Shown here: positions 10,451-17,984 of the stretch, piece by piece
How positions within the stretch are numbered: position 1 is the stretch's first letter
How the letters are laid out: every line of letters begins with the position of its first letter
Source: Actinomycetota bacterium
GTDB lineage: Bacteria > Actinomycetota > Aquicultoria > JACQXZ01
DNA: 57,908 nucleotides
Reading direction: 5' to 3'
NCBI GenBank assembly: GCA_016208465.1
Contig: JACQXZ010000031.1
Location: 1-57,908 of the forward strand
Position numbers and translations under genes: made by a program
Notes under the pieces: generated by a model
Database searches by the model: none
Seen by the model: only the letters and a program-made list of their open reading frames with translations
What the model was told of the DNA's origin: nothing

Positions 10451-11005
10451 TTATTTTCTGGCAACTTTCACCATTGCCGGCCGAAGAACTTTTCCTTTAA
10501 ACAGATACCCATTCCTTAATACATCAACAACCTCATTTTCATTGTGTTCTTCGCTGTGAACCTGCATGGCAGCTTCATGAACCTCAGGATTAAACACCTG
10601 ATCTTTTGCTTCAATCTGCTCTAAGCCTTCTTTGCCCAAAATCTCCTTAAATTCCCCGTAAACCATTTCGATTCCTCTAATCAACTTTTGATAATCTTTT
10701 GTCTCTTCGGCAGCAAAAAGCGCCAATTCAAAATTGTCTAAAACGGGAAGAATTTTAATTATCAAATCCTGCGCCGCTGTCTCAAGAAACTGGGATTGTT
10801 CTTTTAAAATTCTCTTCCTGTAATTCTCAAACTCAGCCTTAAGTCGTTGAAGTGTGTCTAAATAATCTTTGAGTTGTGTTTCTTTTTCACCAAGATCATT
10901 TTTTAATTTTTCATATTCAGATATTTTAATAGTTATTGTTTCTTCTTTTGCTTCCTCTGTCTTCTGCTCTCTGTCTTCTGTTTTCTGTCTTCTGTCTTCT
11001 GTCAT
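10451..11005 (-). CDS. grpE: nucleotide exchange factor GrpE
   Basis: GrpE core motifs are present (RLKAEFENYRKR ... VLRPAMVKV). A strong SD (AAGAGGTGA) lies 5 nt before the ATG at 11005. The N-terminal 18 aa are encoded by a CTGTCTTCTG repeat. Confidence 0.93.
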   Translation of the reverse strand: MTEDRRQKTEDREQKTEEAKEETITIKISEYEKLKNDLGEKETQLKDYLDTLQRLKAEFENYRKRILKEQSQFLETAAQDLIIKILPVLDNFELALFAAEETKDYQKLIRGIEMVYGEFKEILGKEGLEQIEAKDQVFNPEVHEAAMQVHSEEHNENEVVDVLRNGYLFKGKVLRPAMVKVARK

Positions 11006-11042
11006 TTATTTCACCTCTTAAAATTTTCGGGAAGGGATATTA

Positions 11043-12899
11043 TTAATTTTGTTCTTTATCCTTACCTTCGTCTACTACTTCATAATCAGCGTCAACAACC
11101 TCTTCTTCGCCTTGAGATCCTCCGTCGCCTTTTGTTCCAGCCGATGAAGCTGTTTGCTGAGCAGATTGAGTAGCATAGATAGCCTCCGCGAGCTTATGAG
11201 AAGCCTGAATTAAATCATCTGTAGCAGTTTTAATCTTCTGCACATCAGCGCCTTGCAATGCGTCTTTTACCTCAGTGATCGCTTTTTCTATTTTTTCTTT
11301 TTCGCTTGAATCAAGCTTGTCTCCAATGTCTCTTAAAGATTTTTCTGTTGAATAAACCAGATTATCAGCATTGTTTCTAATTTCAGCTTCTTCTCTCTTT
11401 TTTCTGTCCTCTTCAGCATGAGCTTCTGCGTCTTTCACCATCTTGTTTATTTCCTCATCGTTAAGAGAAGTTGTGGCTGTAATTGTTATCTTTTGTTCAT
11501 TACCCGTGCCTAAATCTTTTGCTGAGACATGAGCAATGCCATTAGCATCAATGTCAAATGTTACTTCAATCTGAGGAATGCCTCTGGGAGCTGACGGAAT
11601 ACCGATTAGTTGAAAACGACCCAGTGTTTTATTGTAAGCAGCCATTTGCCGCTCACCCTGAAGAACATGAATATCAACGCTGGTTTGATTGTCTTCTGCG
11701 GTAGAAAATATTTCACTCTTCTTGGTTGGTATAGTTGTATTTCTTTCTATCAGCTTAGTAAAAATACCACCTTTTGTTTCAATGCCAAGCGTTAAAGGAG
11801 TAACGTCCAGCAAAAGCACATCTTTAACCTCACCTCTTAACACACCAGCCTGAATTGCTGCGCCCACTGCTACGACTTCATCCGGATTAACTCCCTTGTG
11901 AGGTTCTCTTCCTCCTGTCAGTTTACGAACAAGATCCTGAACAGCCGGCATACGAGTTACCCCGCCCACAAGAATTACATGATCTATATCTTTAACTTCC
12001 AAGCCTGCGTCTTTCATTGCTTGATTAAAAGGACCCACGCATCGTTCCACTAAATCCGCTGTCATCTTATTAAACTCAGCCCGCGAAAGAGACATATCAA
12101 GATGTTTTGGACCCTCTTGGTCGGCTGTGATAAAAGGAAGATTGATATTAACTGAAGTAGTGCTTGAAAGCTCGATTTTTGCTTTTTCTGCCGCTTCTTT
12201 TAATCGCTGCGCTGCCATTTTGTCTTTTCTTAAATCTACGCCATACTTTGCTTTAAAATCATCTGCCATCCAGTCTATTATTCTCTGATCCCAATCGTCG
12301 CCGCCAAGATGAGTATCACCGCTGGTTGACTTTACCTCAAACACTCCTTCGCCAATTTCAAGCAATGAAACATCAAATGTTCCTCCGCCCAAATCAAAAA
12401 CCAAAATAGTCTGCTCGTGTTCTTTGTCTAAACCATAAGCTAATGCTGCTGCTGTTGGTTCGTTAATAATTCTTAAGACATTTAAGCCAGCAATTTTTCC
12501 AGCATCTTTTGTTGCCTGACGCTGGCTGTCATCGAAATAAGCAGGCACTGTTATAACCGCATCTGTTACCTTGTGGCCCAGATATGCTTCTGCGTCTCTC
12601 TTTAGCTTTTGAAGAACCATCGCGGATATTTCCTGTGGCGAATACTTCTTGCCGTCAATTTCATTTGTTTCCGATGTGCCCATTTTTCTTTTTATTGACC
12701 TGATTGTTCTATCAGGATTAGTAATAGCCTGGCGTTTTGCGATTTCCCCTACCAATCTTTCTCCGTCCTTAGTAATAGCCACAATAGAAGGTGTTGTCCT
12801 TCCTCCTTCTGCGTTTGGAATAACGGCTGCTTCTCCTCCTTCAAGAGTTGCTACACAAGAATTGGTTGTGCCCAAATCAATACCTATTGGCTTGCTCAT
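11043..12899 (-). CDS. dnaK: chaperone DnaK (Hsp70)
   Basis: 618 aa with canonical Hsp70 signatures ([29 protein letters not shown]). Confidence 0.98.
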   Translation of the reverse strand: MSKPIGIDLGTTNSCVATLEGGEAAVIPNAEGGRTTPSIVAITKDGERLVGEIAKRQAITNPDRTIRSIKRKMGTSETNEIDGKKYSPQEISAMVLQKLKRDAEAYLGHKVTDAVITVPAYFDDSQRQATKDAGKIAGLNVLRIINEPTAAALAYGLDKEHEQTILVFDLGGGTFDVSLLEIGEGVFEVKSTSGDTHLGGDDWDQRIIDWMADDFKAKYGVDLRKDKMAAQRLKEAAEKAKIELSSTTSVNINLPFITADQEGPKHLDMSLSRAEFNKMTADLVERCVGPFNQAMKDAGLEVKDIDHVILVGGVTRMPAVQDLVRKLTGGREPHKGVNPDEVVAVGAAIQAGVLRGEVKDVLLLDVTPLTLGIETKGGIFTKLIERNTTIPTKKSEIFSTAEDNQTSVDIHVLQGERQMAAYNKTLGRFQLIGIPSAPRGIPQIEVTFDIDANGIAHVSAKDLGTGNEQKITITATTSLNDEEINKMVKDAEAHAEEDRKKREEAEIRNNADNLVYSTEKSLRDIGDKLDSSEKEKIEKAITEVKDALQGADVQKIKTATDDLIQASHKLAEAIYATQSAQQTASSAGTKGDGGSQGEEEVVDADYEVVDEGKDKEQN

Positions 12900-12932
12900 T
12901 TAATACTCACTCCTCAAGTTTAATATATTATT

Positions 12933-12961
12933 ATTATAAATATTGAGTGTATCATTGTCAA
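12933..12961 (-). promoter_or_regulatory. consensus sigma-70-type promoter of the dnaK operon
   Basis: The reverse strand reads TTGACA (12961-12956), a 17-nt spacer, then TATAAT (12938-12933). This lies ~35 nt upstream of the dnaK ATG. HAIR-like half sites (ACTCAAt in the spacer, CTTGAGg downstream) flank the -10. Confidence 0.55.
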
Positions 12962-13163
12962 CTATCTTTATAGACATATTAACGTAAGGCGTGAAACGTG
13001 AGATAGGTCATAGGCTCTAGGGTGTAGGTCTTAGGGAAGTAGATAGTAGACAGGAAGGTAGGGAAGTCCGAAGTCGTCATCGCGAGGGAGCGAAGCGACC
13101 GTGGCGATCTCAAAAGGGATTGCCGCGTTGCCTTTGGCTTCTAATAACAAACCGCTCTTTGTC

Positions 13164-13305
13164 ATTCCCAACTTGCAGACTGGGTCACAATTCACATTAT
13201 GGTTTAGCCACCCACAACATATTGTAGTTGCTCAATTTATTGAGCTATATATACTGCCTGATAAATCAGGCAACTACATTGTGACCCAGTCTGTTGATTG
13301 GGAAT
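13164..13305. repeat. ~140-bp structured palindromic element (long imperfect stem plus internal three-way junction)
   Basis: Outer arms are ATTCCCAA..AGACTGGGTCACAAT (13164-13191) and ATTGTGACCCAGTCT..TTGGGAAT (13278-13305), with 15+8 perfectly complementary bp. An inner stem TGTAGTT/AACTACA (13223-29/13272-78) encloses the hairpins GCTCAA-TTTA-TTGAGC (13230-45) and GCCTGA-TAAA-TCAGGC (13256-71). Confidence 0.6.
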
Positions 13306-13425
13306 CCAGAGCCTAGACTCCCGCTTTCGCGGGAGTGACATTTAGGGTTCGTTTCCTGACTTACCCAGCCGTAGGCGAGGTTGGTAACTCGCAATGACTG
13401 AGGGATGGTTACTCGCAACGGCTGG

Positions 13426-13483
13426 ACTTGTGACCTGTGACTTGCAACTTGTGATTTTTAGTTCCGACTTGTTCGGGTTAGGG
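13426..13483 (-). repeat. GTCACAAG palindromic element (family R1), half copy
   Basis: ACTTGTGACCTGTGACTTGCAACTTGTGA...GTTCCGACTTGTTCGGGTTAGGG matches the distal half of the inverted copy at 43939-44052. Confidence 0.7.
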
Positions 13484-13596
13484 AGTTATATCTTAATTTT
13501 ATTTTTTTTAAAATTTTTTTTCAAATACTATATACAAATTAAAATTTGTTTATTATACTAACTTTAAATGTTTTTACAACTTAACCGGAGGTAGTT

Positions 13597-14244
13597 TTGC
13601 AAACAGAAAAACAAACAGCACCCCGACCTCCCAAAAGCGCAAAACATATTTACAATAACTTAACCGACGATCAAATTGTTAAGCTCGCTCAAAAAGGCGA
13701 CGAGCACGCTCAAGTTTTCCTCATCAATAAATACGAATACTTAGTTCACTTTAAAGCCAAATCTTATTTTCTCCACGGAGCCGATCACGACGACACAATT
13801 CAGGAAGGAATGATAGGATTATATAAAGCAATCAGAGATTATCGGGAAAGCAAGTTGTGTTCTTTTCGCTCCTTCGCGCTTCTTTGCATTACAAGACAAA
13901 TTATCACTGCCGTTAAAACAGCAACCCGAAAAAAACACACGCCCCTTAACAGTTACGCCTCATTAAACGCAAATGCTTTCGATGAAGAAACAAACAACAC
14001 TCTTTTGGATATCACAACAAATTCGCGCGTAGAAGATCCTCAGGATCTTTTTATTGTTGAAGAGGAAATAGATCGAATTAAAAAAACAATGAAAGACGCT
14101 TTAAGCGAATTAGAATGGAATGTTCTTCTGGCATACATCGACGGTAAATCATATCAGGAAATTGCAGATCAGCTAGACAAACACACTAAAGTAATTGACA
14201 ATGCTCTTTATAGAGTAAAATTAAAACTAAAAGAGCTGCGATAA
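13597..14244 (+). CDS. sigH: RNA polymerase sigma factor, SigH (Spo0H)-like
   Basis: YFLHGADHDDTIQEGMIGLYKAIRDYRESKLCSFRSFALLCITRQIITAVKTATRKKHTPLNSYASL closely parallels my memory of Bacillus SigH (GADREDIVQEGMIGLYKSIRDF..KLTSFKAFAELCITRQIITAIKTATRQKHIPLNSY). The start is TTG with GGAGG 6 nt upstream. Confidence 0.85.
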   Translation: MQTEKQTAPRPPKSAKHIYNNLTDDQIVKLAQKGDEHAQVFLINKYEYLVHFKAKSYFLHGADHDDTIQEGMIGLYKAIRDYRESKLCSFRSFALLCITRQIITAVKTATRKKHTPLNSYASLNANAFDEETNNTLLDITTNSRVEDPQDLFIVEEEIDRIKKTMKDALSELEWNVLLAYIDGKSYQEIADQLDKHTKVIDNALYRVKLKLKELR

Positions 14245-14408
14245 TCAAGTTAGGCTCACTTCGTTCGCTAACTTGAATTGTAAATTTTAAATTGAAAAAT
14301 GCAAATTGAAAAATAAGGATTGCCCATTTTATATTTTGCATTTTAAAATTTGCAATTTTCATTTTGCAATTATAGGAATTTCATCAAAAAGGAAACTCCT
14401 ATTATATA
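14245..14408 (+). repeat. 163-bp dispersed element (family R3), copy 1
   Basis: It is about 97% identical by eye (about four substitutions) to the reverse complement of 35633-35831. It contains the palindromes CAAGTTAG-N14-CTAACTTG and ATAGGAATTTC-N9-GAAACTCCTAT plus TGCAAA/TTGAAAAAT word repeats. It fills the convergent sigH/pilB spacer. Confidence 0.8.
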
Positions 14409-14412
14409 AATT

Positions 14413-16116
14413 TTATTCTTTTAGCCTGACAACCCTTAAAACTTCTTCAAGAGTTGTAATTCCTTTTTTCACTTTATCAAATCCATCTTCCCGCAATGGC
14501 TTCATTCCACTAGCAATGGCTGCTGCTTTCAATTCAGCAGTTGGTCTCTTGTTTATTGTTAACTCCCTCAATTGATCATTCATCAAAAGCAGTTCAAAAA
14601 TACCTGTTCTACCTTTAAAACCGGTTTTTTTACAAACAGGACACCTTTTTCCTTTATGCAACATCAATCCGCTATCCTTAGAAACACCTAATTCTTCCAA
14701 TGCCTTTTCAGGCGGAGCATATGATTCTTTGCACTTAACACAAATTGTCCGAACCAATCTTTGACCAAGAATGCCAAGTATGCTTGAAGCAACAAGAAAT
14801 GGTTCTATCCCCATATCTATCAAGCGGGTTATCGCGCCTGCGGAATCATTAGTGTGTAAAGTCGATAAAACAAGGTGACCGGTTAATGAGGATCTTATAG
14901 CTAGTTCGGCTGTTTCTTTATCACGAATTTCTCCTACCATTATAATATCCGGATCCTGACGCAGGATAGAACGAAGACCAGCGGCAAAAGTCATTCCTAC
15001 TTTATAATTAACCTGTGCCTGAATAATATTTTCCATTTGATATTCGACAGGGTCTTCAATCGTAATAATGTTTTTGTCCAAAGCATTGAGCTCGCTTAAA
15101 ACCGCGTAAAGAGTTGATGACTTTCCGCTTCCTGTTGGCCCGACTACCAAGATAATTCCATAAGGACTTTTGACTATTGATTGCAGTTTATTTAAATTTT
15201 CATCAGATAAGCCCAAGTGCGGCAAAGCAAAAGACATACTGCTTTTGTCCAAAACCCTTAAAACCAGTTTTTCTCCATAAATTGTAGGATAAGAAGAAAC
15301 CCTAAGATCAATGTCTTTTCCGCTGACCTGAGTTTCAACTCTGCCATCCTGCGGAATTCTTCTTTCCATTATATCCATACCAGCCATAATCTTCATTCTT
15401 GAAACAATGGGCAGCAATAACTGTTTAGGCGGTGATGAAATTCTATGTAAAAACCCGTCTATTCGATAACGAATTCCTAATCCTTCTTTTTTGGGTTCAA
15501 TGTGAATGTCGCTTGCTTTGTCTCTGACAGCCTGTAAAATAATTTCGTTTACCAGTTTAACCACCGGCGGCTGAGATGCCGCTGCTTCAAGATCATCAAG
15601 ATTAATTCTTTCAGAGAGCATTGCTTCTTTTGCAATTTCGTCAATATTCTGAGAAACTTCGTCAATTTTATAACTTGCTCCATAGTAATGATCAATTGCT
15701 GTTTTTATGCTTGACTCGGTGCTAATAAGAGGCTCAACTTCACAACCAACCTGATAACGAATATCATCAAGCGCAAAAACATCTAATGGATTCGCCATAA
15801 CAATAGAGAGAGTGTCTTCAATTTTAAAAAGAGGAATTATTTTATAACGTCTCGCTACGCCTTCCGGAACCAGCCTGATAACTTCGGGATCAATACCGTA
15901 ACCAGTAAGATCTATGTGAGGAACACCTAATTGGTTTCCAATAAATTCAGCCACTTGCTCCTCGGTTAATAACTTTTCTTCTGCCAAAACATGAGCAAGC
16001 GATTCTCCTGTCTCTTCCTGCTTGTTTCTTACCGCAACAAGCTGTTCTTCGGTCAAAAAACCTTCGCTGACAAGTTCTGAATATATTTTATCCATTACAG
16101 GGTTCTTTAGAGCCAT
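14413..16116 (-). CDS. pilB: type IV pilus assembly / type II secretion ATPase (PilB/GspE family)
   Basis: 567 aa with an N-terminal T2SSE_N-like domain, Walker A GPTGSGKSST, Asp/His boxes and a tetracysteine motif (CVKC...CPVCKKTGFKGR). Confidence 0.9.
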   Translation of the reverse strand: MALKNPVMDKIYSELVSEGFLTEEQLVAVRNKQEETGESLAHVLAEEKLLTEEQVAEFIGNQLGVPHIDLTGYGIDPEVIRLVPEGVARRYKIIPLFKIEDTLSIVMANPLDVFALDDIRYQVGCEVEPLISTESSIKTAIDHYYGASYKIDEVSQNIDEIAKEAMLSERINLDDLEAAASQPPVVKLVNEIILQAVRDKASDIHIEPKKEGLGIRYRIDGFLHRISSPPKQLLLPIVSRMKIMAGMDIMERRIPQDGRVETQVSGKDIDLRVSSYPTIYGEKLVLRVLDKSSMSFALPHLGLSDENLNKLQSIVKSPYGIILVVGPTGSGKSSTLYAVLSELNALDKNIITIEDPVEYQMENIIQAQVNYKVGMTFAAGLRSILRQDPDIIMVGEIRDKETAELAIRSSLTGHLVLSTLHTNDSAGAITRLIDMGIEPFLVASSILGILGQRLVRTICVKCKESYAPPEKALEELGVSKDSGLMLHKGKRCPVCKKTGFKGRTGIFELLLMNDQLRELTINKRPTAELKAAAIASGMKPLREDGFDKVKKGITTLEEVLRVVRLKE

Positions 16117-16133
16117 AAAACTCCTCTCCTAGG

Positions 16134-16517
16134 CTAAATCGTTTTTTCTTTCTTCTTTTCTAAATGTTCCCTCACAAGCGCTACAAGGCGCTCTTGTTCA
16201 ATTGGTTTGATCAGATAATCATCCGCGCCCGTCTTAAGACCGGTGATTTTGTGATCCTCTTGATCTCTTGAGGTATACATTAAAATTGGAATCTCTTTAT
16301 AATTTTCATCAAATTTAAGCAGACGGCAAACCTGATAACCCTGCATTTTTGGAAGCATAACATCCAAAATAATTAAATCAGGTTTTTCGGAGCGGGCCTT
16401 ATTTAATCCCTCCAAACCATCCGCTGCTGTTATAACTTCATAGCCTTCTTGTATTAATACAGAAGTTACTACATCAAGAATAGTTGGACTATCATCAACG
16501 ACTAATATTTTAGCCAC
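16134..16517 (-). CDS. single-domain response regulator (CheY/PilH-like receiver)
   Basis: 127 aa covering a REC domain only (VVDDSPT ... LIILDVMLPKMQG ... ADDYLIKP). The start is GTG with GGAAGGTG upstream. Confidence 0.88.
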   Translation of the reverse strand: MAKILVVDDSPTILDVVTSVLIQEGYEVITAADGLEGLNKARSEKPDLIILDVMLPKMQGYQVCRLLKFDENYKEIPILMYTSRDQEDHKITGLKTGADDYLIKPIEQERLVALVREHLEKKKEKTI

Positions 16518-16535
16518 CTTAGAACACCTTCCATC

Positions 16536-17984
16536 TCACGCTTTTTCGGCAACCAAAAGTTTACAAATCTTTATAGTCAAATCACGCAAAACATTCTTAT
16601 TTATATTCACCCAATTGTTTTTTGAAACTTGCTCCGATGCCCAAATAGCATTATTTATTTCGCGCATTGCAAGCTCTGGCTGATTATCTTCAATATAAAC
16701 CGTTGCCATTGCCAGATATGCCCACACAAATTCCTTTTCAAGATAAATGGATTTTCTAAACTCCTTAATGGCCTCATCCGGTATATTATTCTTCTGGTGT
16801 ATAGTCCCCAATAAAAAATGGATATAATATGATAAAGGATCGTGTTTTAGTCCTTCGAGACATTCCTTTTCGGCCTCATCGTATTTTTGTTCATCAAAAA
16901 GAATATTGGCAGCCATCAGATACAAAGATGCATCTTCTGAATATTTCTTTGCCTTATCCAGCAGTCTTAAAGACTCTTCTAAAAAACCTTTCTCGTAAAG
17001 AAAAAGAGCTTCTTTGTAATATTTTTCTGAGTCGAACTTTTCAATTTTATTATCTTTTCTCTCTCGGTGACCTCCAAAAACTTTTTTTTTTTTTTTTGTT
17101 GTTTCACATTCCCGCTTCTTCTGATAATAAAAAATTCCTCCCTCTTTAACCGTAGAAAATTTAACATTAACAGATGGAAGAATTTCTGAACCGCCAATAA
17201 AAAAATAACCATCATCAACCAAGTTATTATAGAATTTTTCTATTATCTTTTTTGTTAATTCAATATTAAAATAAATAGTCACATTTCTACAGAAAATTAT
17301 ATCCCAGCCCCCAATAATTGCGCCCGGATACGTTTCATCAATTAGATTAGAATAACTAAATTTCACCATATTCCTGATGTTTTCTTTAACCCGATACCTG
17401 TCCTCATCATATGGCTCAAAATATCTTTTAAGATGTTCCTCGTCAATAAGCGACAGTGATCTCTTCCCGTAAACCGCCTCTTTGGCTGTTTTCAAAGAGG
17501 GCTTGTTTACATCTGTTCCCAATATATATATCTGCCATCCTTCCGTTAAAGGCAAAACATCCTTAACGGTCATAGCGACAGAATAGACCTCCTCTCCCGT
17601 AGAACAACCTGCGCTCCATATCCTTATTTGCTTAGCGTTGTTCATTTTTTTATGAAATAATTCCGGTAATACTTTTTCCCTTAAAACATTAAATTGCTCC
17701 GTGTGTCTGAAAAATTTAGTTTCGTTTATAGTAATATGATCCAACAACTCTTTAAATTCTTCTTCCCCAACCACACTATTTAAAAAATTATAATAACCAT
17801 AATAATCCTTCAAATTCTTTTGAAGCAAACGAGCGTCAAGACCTGTTTTCAAAACACTCATCATACCTTCATCAAAATAAATACCACTTTTTTTGGAAAT
17901 AAAATCCCTAAAAAGCAAAAATTCCTTTTTTGTAAAGACAGGCATACTGTCTCTATCAATCATTAAATCCATTTCTCTTTTCAT
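16536..17984 (-). CDS. cheR: chemotaxis methyltransferase CheR with C-terminal TPR domain
   Basis: It has the CheR SAM-binding core (IWSAGCSTGEEVYS, CRNVTIYF) followed by TPR-like repeats after residue ~310. An A16 run encodes the KKKKK linker between the two domains. Confidence 0.9.
   Translation of the reverse strand: MKREMDLMIDRDSMPVFTKKEFLLFRDFISKKSGIYFDEGMMSVLKTGLDARLLQKNLKDYYGYYNFLNSVVGEEEFKELLDHITINETKFFRHTEQFNVLREKVLPELFHKKMNNAKQIRIWSAGCSTGEEVYSVAMTVKDVLPLTEGWQIYILGTDVNKPSLKTAKEAVYGKRSLSLIDEEHLKRYFEPYDEDRYRVKENIRNMVKFSYSNLIDETYPGAIIGGWDIIFCRNVTIYFNIELTKKIIEKFYNNLVDDGYFFIGGSEILPSVNVKFSTVKEGGIFYYQKKRECETTKKKKKVFGGHRERKDNKIEKFDSEKYYKEALFLYEKGFLEESLRLLDKAKKYSEDASLYLMAANILFDEQKYDEAEKECLEGLKHDPLSYYIHFLLGTIHQKNNIPDEAIKEFRKSIYLEKEFVWAYLAMATVYIEDNQPELAMREINNAIWASEQVSKNNWVNINKNVLRDLTIKICKLLVAEKA

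Noticed and set aside
12900-13000. CIRCE/HrcA operator, or canonical HAIR (CTTGAGT-N7-ACTCAAG), upstream of dnaK.
   Set aside because: I found neither TTAGCACTC-N9-GAGTGCTAA nor a correctly spaced HAIR by eye. Only rearranged half-site-like hexamers are present, and these are reported as a low-confidence finding.
13164-13305. Integron attC site, or an IS200/IS605 / TnpB omega-RNA end, as an explanation for the structured palindrome.
   Set aside because: The R''/R' core sites (RYYYAAC / GTTRRRY) are not convincingly present; the sequence has TCCCAAC / GTTGATT. No intI, tnpA, tnpB or iscB gene is in the vicinity, and no cassette-like ORF lies adjacent.
13101-13316. ORF 13101..13316 (71 aa) in the dnaK/sigH spacer.
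   Set aside because: It reads straight through repeat modules and the 140-bp palindrome. It has no SD and no family resemblance. The same applies to 14306..14575 (through the R3 repeat and antisense to the pilB 3' end) and to 26412..26822.
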